A DNA stretch of 64,000 nucleotides from Mobula hypostoma. Its lineage: Eukaryota. The position numbers and the translations under genes were made by a program. The DNA lies in assembly GCF_963921235.1 (NCBI RefSeq), contig NC_086109.1:34598001-34662000 (forward strand), given 5' to 3'. The notes beneath the pieces are model-generated. The model made no database searches. It was not told the DNA's origin and saw nothing but the letters and a program-made list of their open reading frames with translations. Positions 51,865 to 64,000 of the stretch are shown in pieces; position 1 is the first letter of the stretch, and every line of letters starts with the position of its first letter.

Positions 51865-52280
51865 TGAGTCAAATCAAGTCAAGTTTACTGCCATTTAACT
51901 ATATACATAGATATAATGTATATACTCATATAATGTATATAGAAATGAGACAACATTTCTCCGAACCTGGTGTAAAGCACAGTAGTACACATAACACATG
52001 ATAATTAATGAAGGTAAGGATAAAATCTACAGATGAATCACACATAATTAACAAGCTAAAGTGAATTAATATTGAGTATTGTAAGGTACAGAACAGAATA
52101 ACCAGCAACACTTTGAATAGGTTGCGGCAGGGAGGTCAGAAGCCTAATAGCCTGGGATGAAGAAACTGTTTCTGATCCTGATCATTCTCGTTTTTATGTA
52201 TCAGTGTCTCCTGCCTGATGGTAGAATGTCAAAGAGGATGCTGGATGGATGGGTGGGATCCTTAATAATACTAATGCTAT
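51865..52280 (-). mobile_element. Rex1/Babar-type 3' fragment
   Basis: TCAAGTCAAGTTTACTG tail; AAGAAACTGTTTCTGA/CCTGATGGTAG remnants (NSFF and LPSG motifs). Confidence 0.55.
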
Positions 52281-52424
52281 TAGTTTCAAAGTTATTATGG
52301 AGAAGGTTAGGCCTGGTCCTTGGTTTGAGATTCTAAATAGAAGATAGGCCAATTCTGATACTATCAGCATGTGGATTGGGACAGTTTGTTTTCTGGAAAG
52401 GTGTACTTGGTAGTCTGAGATACC

Positions 52425-53675
52425 CAGCTGTTTCAATCAGGCTTCAATTATGTCGATGCTGAAGAAGAACGTGGTAATCTTCCTCAATGACTATTGTTCA
52501 GTAGCATTTACATCCACTGCGATGATGTGCTTTAAGAGGTTGGTGATGAAACATATTAACTGGTGCCTGAGAAGGGACATGGATCCACTCCAATTTCTCT
52601 ATATTCACAATAGGCCAACAGTAGATGTCATTCCATTGGCTCTTTTCTGAATCCTGGAACATTTGGACAGCAAAGAAGCATACATCTGAATGCTCTCCAT
52701 TGACTACAGCTCAGCATTCAATACTATCATCTCCTCAAAATAAACCAATAAGCTGCAAGTCCTAGGCCTCGATACCTCCTTGTGCAATTGGAGCCTGGAT
52801 TTCCTCACTTGCAGACTCCAGTCAGTTTGCATTGGCAACAATATCTCCTCCACAATCTCCTTCAGCACAGGTGCACCGTAAAGTGGTGTGCTTAACCCCC
52901 TACTCTACCTGCTTTACACTTTTGACTGTGTGGCTAAGCACATCTCCAATGCCATATTCAAGTTTGCTGACACTGCCAATTCAAAGATGCTGGTGAATCA
53001 GGATACGGGGAAGGTGGAAAATCTGGCTGAGTGGAGCCATAACAACAACCTCATGCGAGGGTCTGGCATGTCACCTAAAAGTTTGACGAACTTCTGGAGG
53101 TGTGTGGTGAAGAGTATATTGACTAGTTGCATCTTGGCCTGGTATAGAAATATCAATGCCCTTGTATGGAAAAGCGTACTAAAGATAATGGATGCAGCCC
53201 AGTCCATCACGGGTAAAGACCTCCACACCATTGAGCACACCTACATGGAGTGTTGTTGCAGGAACGCAGCATCCATTATCAACGACACCAACCATCCAAG
53301 CCATGCTCTCTTCTCACTGTTGCCATCAGGAAGAAGGTACAGGAGCCTTAGGACCTGCACTGACAGGTTCAGAAACAGTTACTACCCCTCAAGTCTCAGG
53401 CTCTTGAACCAAGGGAAATAACTCCACTCAACTTTGCCCACCCAGTCACTGAACTTTCATCTTCAAGGAATTTTCATTTCATGTTCTCGATAGCTATTGA
53501 TTATTTATTTATCATTGTTATTAATATTATTTCTTTTTTGCACATTGTTTGTTTTTGTACCTGTTGGCTGCAGTCCTTCATTGATCCTGATGAGTTTCTT
53601 GTGTTTATTGTAATTGCCTGCAGTAAAATTATTCTCAGGATTTTATATGGTGCCATATATGTACTTCGAACTTTG
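52425..53675 (+). mobile_element. Degenerate Rex1/Babar LINE with internal deletion
   Basis: [34 protein letters not shown] and FRNSYYP. Confidence 0.8.
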
Positions 53676-53719
53676 AAGCGTTTTTTCTGTGTTGTAGTAT
53701 TCTATGACACTATGACTAT

Positions 53720-54410
53720 GACTTTGATGAGGGTAAATTTGGAGTATTGTGTGCATTACTGGCATCTACCTACAGGAAATATTCCAATAAGATTGAAAGA
53801 GTACAGAGAAAACTTACAAGGATGTTGCCAGGACTTGAGTAACTGAATTATAGGAAAACGCTTAATAAGTTTGGACTTTTTTTTCTCGGGGTGCAACAGA
53901 GTGAGAGGAGATTTCATTGAGGTGTACAGAAATAGGATATGTAGATATAAGGTAAAGGCAAATGGGTTTTTTCCCCACTGAGGTTGAGTGAGTCTGGAAC
54001 TAGAGGTCATAGGTTAAGGATGAAACGGGAAGTATTTATGGGAAACTGGTGGGGTAGTTCTTCATTCAGAGGGTTCTGAGAGTGTGGAACAAGCTGCCAG
54101 TAGAGGCGGCAGAGGCAAATTTCATCTTCTTTTGCACATTAGTTGTTTATCAGTCTTTGTGTGATGTGTGTTTTTTTTATTATAGTCTTTGTTTCCTGTG
54201 AATGCCTGCAAGAAGATGATTCTCAAGGTCGTGTATAGTGACGTACAGCACAGTATATGTACTTCGTTAATACATTTACTTTGAATTTTGAACATGGACG
54301 GAAGGGCTATGGTCCAGGTGTAGGTTCATGGGATTAGGCAGAGTAACAGTTTGTCATTGACTAGATGGGCTGAAGGGTCTGTTTCCCTGCTGTAGTGCTC
54401 TACGACTCTA
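53720..54410 (+). mobile_element. CR1 3' fragment interrupted by a short repeat (about 54120-54290)
   Basis: LEYCVH.W, RGDFIEVY and GTRGHRLR remnants; ACTCTA tail. Confidence 0.6.
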
Positions 54411-54749
54411 CACATGGGTTATTTATTGTAAACTATAATCTTAATTCTGAAAAAAAGAACTGAACTTTCTTTCGTCTGTGAGATGTAACTTTCTAGAGAT
54501 GAGATATTTTCCAATTGGAATCTTCATGTGTAAAATTTCATTATTTTTCATCTTATCCAAGGATTAAGAATGACCTGCTTCCACTCCAGTTCTGTGGGTT
54601 CTGTTGTGAGCGATGAGAGCAATATGGGAACTGCAAACTCTTTCATATAGTAGATGGAGCAGAGATATCTAATTTGTTGCTAAGAGACTAGTTTATGAGG
54701 TGGTTCACCATTTACAGAGGTCATCATCCTATATTGCATTCAATTAGTT

Positions 54750-55400
54750 ATGTTGGGCAAAGGAATTAGGAGGTTCCTTCGTGTTCCCTATGAATAGATT
54801 TCAATTCCTAGTACCACCCAATTGGGGATTCATTTTGAGCTGCCACGAGTTTCTCAAGATTCAGATGAGTTGTTGTGTAAGGGGCTTACTACACATTCTT
54901 GAATGATCTCCTCTGTCCGCTGATAATCTTTTCCTTGGTGGAGCTTATGAATAATATGGCCTACCCATAGAGCCATTCAAGAGATCTTGACTTCGTAAAA
55001 TGTATTTACATTAATTTTCTTACCTTGAGTCCGGACTATTTTGCAGAAAAAACATTTGTAAAGTTTTTTCAGTGCCTTGGGATACCTGCTAAATGTCAAA
55101 GGATATAAGTAGACCAAGGAACAGTGTGGTCCAAAAGACCATGAATTTTGCAGGACGTCTACACAAAGCAGTGCCAATGCATTGAAGGCAATACTGAATT
55201 TAATCATCACCGTCTGCTTTCACTGAGAGGTAGTTCCTGCGATAAGGGAAGTGATTTTTTTCTCTATCTGAAAATTAACATTGTCGGAGCGTCATGTGGC
55301 ACTGTGGTGAGTGGAGGATCTTTGCATTGTGGATGATAAATGTAAGGTCCATCTTTTTATCTGCCTGAGTAAATGTATCATTAATGTTTTGGGTCGTGAC
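54750..55400 (-). mobile_element. Ancient RTE-like LINE remnant
   Basis: Minus-strand remnants HFPY...LSVKAD.DD and TFSRYPKALKKLYKCFFCKI resemble the post-RT region of RTE-type LINEs (recalled motif). Confidence 0.4.
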
Positions 55401-55830
55401 ATACAAGTGGCCACATCAATTACTTACTGTGACTTGCCTGCTGAGGTTGGACTGACCTTGGTTTTGCATGGAGTCACATTGACTGAACATTCGCAACGTT
55501 TAAGTAATTGGCAAGTATCTAATTCTACCTCATGAATCAACAAACTTTAGGAATATTCAATAAACAGCAATATTTAAAATTCCAATCTTTCATTAACAAT
55601 AACAAACAAAGTTATAATCTTGACATGCATAGAATATGAATATATAATTTTATTTAAATTTGTTTAATTCAATGTTACTGTCCAATATCCCATTGTTTAA
55701 AAAAGTAAAGGGATAAAATCAACAGGAGGGTGACAAAATTGATGCAAACTGGATGTAGGAAATAGTGTAGGGAGAGTAAGTAGAGTTTGTTAGATCTGCT
55801 ACTGAAATTAGACCCAAACTGTTTGTAATT

Positions 55831-58800
55831 CACAAGATCACAAGACAAAGGAGCAGAAGTAGGCCATTCGGCCCATCAAGTCTGCTCCGCAGCTCCCCCA
55901 TGAGCTAAACCATTCACCCATCTAGTTTCAATTTCCGGCTTTTTCCCCATATCCCTTGATACCCTGACTAATTAGATACCTGTCAATCTCCTCCTTACAC
56001 ACCCTCAATGATCGGGCCTCCACAGCTGTATGTGGCAACGAATTCCACAAATCCATGACCCTCTGGCTAAAAAATTTCTCCTCATCTCTGTTTTAACTGG
56101 GTACCCTCTAATTCTAAGACTATGGCCTCTTGTCCTGGACTCACCCACCAAGGGAAACAACCTTTCCACACCTACTCTGTCCAACCCTTTCAACATTCGA
56201 AATATTTCTATGAGATCCCCTCTCATTCTTCTATACTCTAATGAATACAATCCAAGAGCCGACAAACGCTGCTCATATGTTAGCCCCTGCATTCCAGGAA
56301 TCATCCTCGTAAATCTTCTCTGAACTCTCTCCAACATCAGTACATCCTTTCTAAGATAGTGGGCCCAAAACTACACACAGTATTCCAAATGAGGTCTCAC
56401 TAATGCCCCATAGAGCCTCATCAACACCTCCTTACTCTTATACACTATTCCGCTTGAAATGAATGCCAACATAGCATTCGCTTTCCTTACCGCCGATCCA
56501 ACTTGGTGGGTAATCTTTAGGGTATCCTGCACGAGGACCCCCAAGTCCCTTTGCACTTCCGATTTTTGAATTTTCTCCCCATCTAAATAATAATCTGCCC
56601 AGTTATTTCTTCTTCCAAAATGTACAACCGTACATTTGCCAACGTTGTATCTCATCTGCCATTTCTTTGCTCTGTTACGTAACCGGCAACAATGAATATT
56701 AATCGAGACAGGTTTTATGAAAACAACCAAACATTTATTAAACACTTATAAAAGATAAGGAAAAAAAAAACAAAGGAAAACTTTAACCAGCGGTTAAACA
56801 GGCACGCAGATAAAAGATAAGGAAAAAAAAAACAAAGGAAAACTTTAACCAGCGGTTAAACAGGCACGCAGCTGTTCATCAACTCCACTTGGCTCTGGTT
56901 CTTAAAGCATTAAATGCGAAAACAGTTCTTAAAACGATACAGTCAGATACAGTTCTTAAAGCGATAACTTCGAAAGTCCAACAGATTTACACATTCATTT
57001 GGGAGAGACGTCTCTGGAGAAGGATTTCTTCACAGACGCAGCTTTACTTCTGGTTCCGTCCACAGGATTCTCGATGCCGAAATTAAACAGTTTAAATCGA
57101 CTGACCTTAAATTCCTTTTAGAGAGAGAACATTTTTGCATGAACTCATTGCGCTATTGCAAGAGTTATCTCAATGCAGGTTCTCTTCAACGAAGCCTCAA
57201 TAAGGTCGATCCTTTATTAAACTGCCAAACGACGCCGACTTCTCTTGATCCTTCACTTCGATGAATTCTTCACTCTCCCTTCAAAACTGTCGGAATTGAG
57301 TAAATTGGCACTTCCAGCCACAAATTTCCAGTCCAAATACAATATCTTGTGAGAGAACGCACCTTCCATTTTAAAAATGAAACTGCATCACAAAAACAAA
57401 CACGCAGCAGAAACAGAGGTACAACACGTTCTACCTGGAAATCTACAAACTCAAAACCCTACTGCGTCACCTGAGTCGACCCTTATATAGTCACGGGGCA
57501 CATGTCATCACGTGACCTCACATCGGCGGGAAAATCACATCAGGTGACCTCCAAAAGACCATTACGGCATTCTCACAAAAAGAACAGATCTCCTTGAGCA
57601 TGTAACAGCCCACTCTCCTAAACTGACTAAGTCTCTCTGCAACCTTTCTGTTTCTTCAACATTTCCTGCTCCTCCACCTATCTTGGTGTCATCCGCAAAC
57701 TTAGCCACAAAACCATTTAATCCATAATCCAAATCATCAATATACGTCGTAAAAAGAAGCGGCCCCAACACCGACCCCTGCGGAACACCACTAGTAACCG
57801 GCAACCAATCAGAATAGGATCCCTTTATTCCCACCTTTTGCTTTCTGCCTATCAGCCAATGCGCCACCCATTTCAATATCTTTCCTACAATTCCATGGGC
57901 TCTCATCTTATTAAGCAGCCTCATATGCGGCACCTTATCGAAGGCCTTTTGAAAATCCAAATACACAACATTCACAGCCTCTCCCTTGTCAATCTTATTC
58001 AAGATTACCTCAAAAAATTCCAATAGGTTGGTGAGACAGGATCTTCCCTTCATGAAACCATGCTGGCTTCGGCCTATCTTGTCATGCACCTCGAGGTATT
58101 TCATAACCTCATCCTTGAGGATTGACTCCAATATCTTTCCAACTACCGATGTCAGACTAATAGGTCTGTAATTTTCTTTTTGCTGCCTCCTTCCTTTCTT
58201 AAATAACGGAACTACATTTGCGACCCTCTAGTCCTCTGGAACCATGCCAGAGTCTATTGATTCCTGGAAGATCTTTTCCAATGCTTCCACAATCTCCAAA
58301 GCCACCTCCTTCAGAACCCTTGGGTGCACCTCATCCGGACCGGGAGACTTATCTATTCTTAGTCCACTTAGCTTCCCAGCACTTTCTCTCTAGTAATCTT
58401 GACTATACCTAATTCTATTCCTGATACTCATTCAGTTCCTCTGCCATCTCTTTGTTATCCATTATAATTTCTCCAGCATCATTTTCAATCGGTCCTGTAT
58501 CTACCCTTGTCACTCTTTTACTCTTCATATATTTAAAAAAACTCTTAGTATCCTTTTTTATGTTAATCGCCAACTTCCTTTCATAATTCATCTTTTCTTT
58601 CCTAATGACTTTCTTAGTTTCCTTCTGTAAGTTTTTAAAAGTCTTCCAGTCCTCATTTTCCCCACTAATTTTTGCTTCCTTGTACGCCGTTTCTTTTGCT
58701 TTTATTTTTGCCTTAACCTCTTTCGTTAGCCACATTTGTGCCATTTCTCCATTCATGATTTTCTTTTTTTTTGGAATATATTTTTCCTGCATTTTCCTTA

Positions 58801-60815
58801 TTTCTTGTAGGAATTTCATCCAATTCTGCTCTGCCATCCCTCCATTTAGCTTACTTTTCCAATCAACTTGGGCCAGTTCCTCTCTCATACCACTGTAATT
58901 TCCCCTGTTCCACTGAAATATCGATACACCTGATACCAGCTTCTCCTTTTCAAATTTGAAATTGAACTCAATCATATTATGATCACTACTTCCAAGGGGT
59001 TCCTTTACCTCCAGCTCCCTAATCACCTCAGGTTCGTTACACAGCACCCAATCCAAAACAGCCGGTCCCCTGGTGGGCTTCTGGACAAGCTGCTCCAAAA
59101 AGCCATCCTGTAGGCATTCTACAAACTCCCTCTCCTGAGATCCATTACCTTCCTGACTTTCCCAATCCACTTTCATATTAAAATCCCCCATAATTATCTT
59201 GACATTTTCCTTCTGACACGCTTTTTCTATTTCCAGCTGCAACTTGTAGTCCACATCCCGGCTGCTGTTTGGAGGCCTGTATATAACTGCTATTAGTGTC
59301 TTTTTACCCTTGCCATTTCTTAATTCTACCTATAAGGATTCTACCTCTTCCGATCCTATGTTCCTTCTTTCTATTGATTTGATATCGTTACTTACCATCA
59401 GGGCCACGCCACCCCCTTTACCTACTTTCCTATCTTTCCTATACACTGTGTATCCTTGGATATTCAGCTCCCAATCACATCCATCATTTAGCCATGACTC
59501 GGTGATGGCCACAATGTCATATCTTTTAACCTGCAGCTGTGCAGCAAGGTCATCCACTTTATTTCTAATGCTGCCTGCACTTAAGTACAGTACATATAGA
59601 TCAGTATCTGTTGCCAATTTTGCTATATTTCTATTTTGCAGCAAATTATCCTGTATATTCACTGGCCTGTCCTTCTTGCCATCTTTGCTGCACAGTATTT
59701 TTGACTTATTACTATTTTCCTCTTCCTCAACCCTAACACCTTGGTTTCCTTCCCCTTACCAACTTAGATTAAAACCTCCCTAACAGCTATATTAAACAAT
59801 CCCGCCACGATATTAGTACCTTTTGAGTTCAGGTGTAATCCATCTTTTTTGTATAAGTCATACCTTCCCCAAAATAGATCCCAATGATTCAAGAATTTGA
59901 AGCCCTGCCCACTGCACCAGTTACTTAGCCACACATTCGTCTGCTTAATTCTGCCATTCTTACCATCATTAGCATGCAGCTCAGGCAGCAATCCTGATAT
60001 TGTTACTCTGGAGGTCCGGCTTTTCAATTTTCTTCCTAGCTCTCAGTAATCTTTCTTCAGGACCTCCTCTCTTTTTCTGTCTATATCATTGGTACCAACA
60101 TGTACCAAGACTTCCGGCTGCTTGCCCTCTCTCCTCAGAATACTCTGGACTCGATCTGAGACATCCCATACCTTGGCACCAGGGAGACAACACACCATCT
60201 GGGTATCCTTGTGCGGCTCACAGAATCTCTTGTCTGTCCCCCTTACGATGGAATCCCCTATAACTACCGCATTTCTTCTTGCTCTCTTGATTTCGGCACT
60301 GGGCAGAATGCCAGAGTCTAGTTCACTGTGGCCCTCCTCTGTCAGGTCTGCCTCTTCAACGGTATCCAAAACATTATATTGATTTCTGAAGGGGACTGTC
60401 ACATGGGTGCTATCCACTACCTCTCTATAGGTAGTATCTATCACCTCCTCACTTTCCCTAATTAGCCAAAGGTCATCAATTTCCATCTCCAGCACCTTAA
60501 CACGGTCCTTCAGGAGCCTCATCTCAGTGCACCTTGTGCAGTTGTAATCCTTGGGGAGGCTGGGAGTCTCCCAGGGTCCCCACATCTGGCACTCCAAGCA
60601 CAACATTAATCCTAGCTGCATACCTCTAATGCAACTGTTTGTACTAAGTACCAAAAAACTGTAACTTACTCTGTTACTATGAGACTCAACGGGCGCAGGA
60701 AGCCTCTTTCCGTCTCTGCCGAAGCCCGTTGAGCCAAAGCCCTTTCACTCTGCACCCTCTCACTCCACAGCCCACTCCGACGCTGCCCGCTGGAGATGGC
60801 GGTTTTCTTTTTAAA
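55831..60815 (-). mobile_element. Near full-length CR1 LINE (5' UTR, zinc-finger/esterase ORF1, APE-RT ORF2), disrupted and interrupted by a solo LTR
   Basis: ORF1 has CLEC...CTRC, VIGDSIVRG, CLPGAK, VHVGTND and DGLHLN. ORF2 has AITESW, MGDFN, SSDHN, LDFQKAFDKV, GVPQGSVLGP and KFADDTK. CACAAGAT repeat tail. Confidence 0.95.
56673..57607 (-). mobile_element. Solo LTR (935 bp) nested in the CR1 RT
   Basis: TGTTAC...GTAACA termini; TSD GCTC/GCCC; removing the insert restores the CR1 frame (LGEWAKKWQM). Minus-strand TATATAA at about 57489-57483 and AATAAA at 56739-56734. Confidence 0.9.
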
Positions 60816-62269
60816 CTGTCGTACATTCCTGTTAATAAAAAACACTTAAGCACAGTTAATAGTACCTGCTTGGGCATCAAACAACCTCAGCATGTCAGCA
60901 CACCAAAGCTGAAAAGGAATTTTGTTCAAATTTGATCACGTAAGGCATAAAAAATGGTACACAAGACAATTTGTTAAAAGGGAATTGTTTACTGTAAGAT
61001 AAATAGTCTTTAAAATTTCCATGTAACATTTTGTAAATATAATAAATTTGGGTTAAATTTTATTTTGATCCTGATCTAATCCTCTTATTCCCAGTAATGT
61101 AGTATGCAATAAAAGGGTTGATCATGATTGAGTTTTCAAATATAGTTTCTATACTGTATATTCTATAATACCCATTGATAAAATCAGGAGATGTTCGTTC
61201 TTGTTAATACCAATTTTGTGATGTTGGTTGGAGAATTAGTTCCTGCACAAAACCAAAATCATTGTTGAAAGTCCATGTGTTTCTTCAAGGATCTGTATTC
61301 TTTTCTCAGTTATATCCGTCAAAGTTCATCTTGTAGCATATGCAAATTTACCAACTGTTCAATCATAAAATTGTGAGCATCGTTAAATAAAAAAATTGAC
61401 GCTTTTTCATAAATATTCATATCAAGTGCTTTCTTAGTACAATTGCTATTCTTCAACTCTAATGTATTTTCCTAATAAACATATTTTATATCACCCATGT
61501 AAACTAATCTACAAAGCAATATATATTTAAACCATAACTCAAATTTCAAGGAGACATATTATTGTCTGAACCAACTTAGTTCAGTTGAAACAAATGCACA
61601 GATTTCATAAACAAGCAATCGAGTTGAACTTCAGAATGTATTGTGCTATTTACGTATGTATGATTTGAGGCAATGATACGACAGATTTCAACACAGCAAT
61701 ATGCAATCCTTGATGAATTTGTAAAAGTAACATTTTAGATTGTTTTTTTTTACTGTTTTTTGAAAGAAAACTTATGTTTAGTTGTGTTAAGTAACCTTTT
61801 GAAAAGTGTAGGCTGATAGCTGCAGATTATGGCTCTGGCATTATCTGCCCTTCTATTTTCAAAGTGCCAGAAGGGCCTATTCTGCTGAGTATCACAATAA
61901 ATGAATAAACAAACAAACAAACAAATAAATTCGCCATGACATCCGGATTGTTCAGAAATGACAACAAAAGTTTTGATAATGAACTGTTTTTAAATTACAG
62001 GAAGCGTCTTTGATTAACAGCATTAATCCAATTTATCGTATTTGTATTGGTATCCTCCCTCTATAATGTTCATAGCGATTCAAAAGAAGAGATGTGTGAA
62101 ATTGCTTATGCAGGAGCCTGCTTTAACAGATGAACTCATGCAACCTCTTCCTTTGTAAAAACAAATTGGTAGAAACATGCAATGCTGTACCTATCAAAGT
62201 GATTTTAGTACAAGATTAAAAAAAGGATGATTGGAGTGGAAGGGTTCTGCAATATGCAATATATTCAGC

Positions 62270-63204
62270 ACATAATTCTCTGGAACTTCCGCCATCCCCA
62301 ACAGGATCCTACCACCAAGCGTATCTTCCCCTTCCCCCCTTTCTACTTTCCACAAGGATTGCTCCCTACGCGAATCCTTTGTCCATTCATCCTTCCCCAC
62401 TAATATCTCTCTTGGCACTTATCCCTGCAAGCAGAACAAGTGCTACACCTGCCCCTACACCTCCTCCCTCACTACTATTCAGGGCCCCAAACATTCCTTC
62501 CAGGTGAGGCGACACTTCACCTGTGAGTCTGTTGGGGTCATATGCTATGTCCGCTTCTCCCAATGTGACCTCCTGTATATTGGTGAGACCCGACATAGAT
62601 TGGGAGTCCATTTCACTGTGCACCTACGCTCCGTCTGCCAGAAGAAGTGGGATCTCTCAGTGGCCACCCATTTTAATTCCATTTACCATTCCCATCCTTA
62701 TATATCAATCCATGGCCTCCTCTACTGTCGTGATGAGGCTACACTCAGGTTGGAGGAACAACACTTTATATTCTGTCTGGTTAGCCTCCAACCTGATGCC
62801 ACTAATATTGATTTCTCGAATTTTTGGTAACGCACCCCTGCTCTTCCACGCTTCACCATTCCCCATTCCCTCTCCCACCTTATATCCTTGCCTGCCCATC
62901 GCCTCCCTCTGGTAATCCTCCCCCCTCTTCTTTCTTCCATCGCCTTCTGTTCTCTCTTATCAGACTCCCCCTTCTCCAGCCCTGTATCTCTTTCACCAAC
63001 TTCCCAGCTCTTTACTTCACCCCTCCCCCTCCCAGTTTCACCTACCACCGTGTGCTTCTCTCTACTCCCCCCACCTTCTAACTCCACTCCTCATCTTATT
63101 TCTCCAGTCCTGCTGAAGGGTTCTGGCCCGAAACATCGACTGTGCTTTTCCTCATAGATGGTGCCTGGTCTGCTGAGTTCCTCCAGCATTTTGTGTGTGT
63201 TGCT
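62270..63204 (+). mobile_element. Penelope-like element 3' fragment (GIY-YIG and tail)
   Basis: GVICYVRFSQCDLLYIGETRHRLG...LEEQH; hammerhead-like motif at 63105-63142. Confidence 0.88.
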
Positions 63205-63319
63205 TACACTTTTAGGATACTGTATTGAGTTTGACTGAAGTTTAGAGATAGAGATGTGCATCTGAATTGTTCTGAGCTGAGCCGAATGATGTTATTTGCT
63301 GGTTTCCTAAACTGACCAT

Positions 63320-63412
63320 CAGACATCCCACCCTGCAAAAACTCACGTCAGGGAGGTAGCACCATCAATTTGCGGGAGACTCCCTTAACTTCTGGGAGAG
63401 GTGGGATGTCTG
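63320..63412. mobile_element. 93-bp MITE with 13-bp perfect TIRs
   Basis: CAGACATCCCACC ... GGTGGGATGTCTG, flanked by GACCAT and CACCAT. Confidence 0.7.
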
Positions 63413-63616
63413 CACCATTGCTGAGAAGGAGTGAGAATGAAAGCCAGAGCTCCAAAGTGTAGTCAAAAGCAGAAGGGTAAGAAGCGGCACAACTTGACTG
63501 CTTTGAACAGAATCCATCCATTGCACACATACCAGCTTAAAATGGCAGCATATTTTAACCGCCACAAGTTCACACCTTGCAAGTCTGACACCACTGAAAG
63601 CAGGAACAGTCATATG

Positions 63617-63709
63617 GGTCGAAGGGTCTCAGCCTGAAACGTCGTCTGTACCTCTTCCTAGAGATGCTGCCTGGCCTGCTGCGTTCACCAGCAACTTTGA
63701 TGTGTGTTG
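63617..63709 (+). mobile_element. 93-bp PLE 3'-end insertion with 10-bp TSD
   Basis: CAGTCATATG at 63607-63616 and 63710-63719; insert is nearly identical to 42503-42592. Confidence 0.88.
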
Positions 63710-64000
63710 CAGTCATATGATTTCTTCAGAAGGATGCCTCGGAGACAATGTCAACATAGTATTGAAACCAGTGTGGAACTGGATTTGTTTAGTCTTTGCA
63801 GCACCAGTGGCAATGGTGAAAAGCAGAGTGGTATCAAGAGAAAACAATGGTTATGCGGTTAATGTATCAAAGCAGCAATTTCGGTATATCTTAAGCTAAT
63901 ATTTCATAACTATTCTTCCAAATACTAGAGATACAGAGTACAGTAAATTTGAAAGGATACACAAAGTATTGAAGACATTTAGTTCAGCAATAGTTCATAT

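Noticed and set aside
55815..60830. AAACTGTTTGTAATT / AAACTGTCGTACATT as a TSD of the long CR1
   Set aside because: Too degenerate, and the right copy overlaps the probable 5' end of the element.
1..64000. CRISPR arrays, tRNA/rRNA genes, U12-type introns
   Set aside because: No repeat-spacer arrays. tRNA-like heads belong to decayed SINEs. All assembled introns are GT-AG without the GTATCCT U12 donor.

Overview
Vertebrate genomic DNA, most likely a cartilaginous fish (shark or ray; inferred from the CR1/Penelope/Rex1 repeat mix and protein divergence). Two convergent genes can be assembled with canonical GT-AG junctions and consistent phases. On the + strand are the last 8 coding exons of ITPR3 (1416..23589, about 388 aa covering the TM helices, luminal loop, pore, zinc finger and C-terminal tail). 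On the - strand is a complete 4-exon UQCC2 (40817..30832, 127 aa) with a CpG-island promoter carrying NRF1, E-box and YY1 motifs. The rest is mostly mobile DNA: two long CR1 LINEs, many Rex1/Babar and Penelope-like (PLE) fragments, an Ingi/Vingi-like LINE, two solo LTRs, a 3.1-kb hAT transposon with a perfect 8-bp TSD, a 93-bp MITE and SINEs. Most notable are (1) about 12 copies of a minimal type-I hammerhead ribozyme motif in PLE 3' ends, including back-to-back palindromic double-hammerhead elements in UQCC2 introns, (2) an Arg-to-Cys change in the normally invariant GLRxGGGxGD pore motif of ITPR3, and (3) PLE insertions with clean TSDs and 5' inversions. All coordinates were read by eye and repeat boundaries are approximate. 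No host gene exon was recognised beyond about 41 kb.
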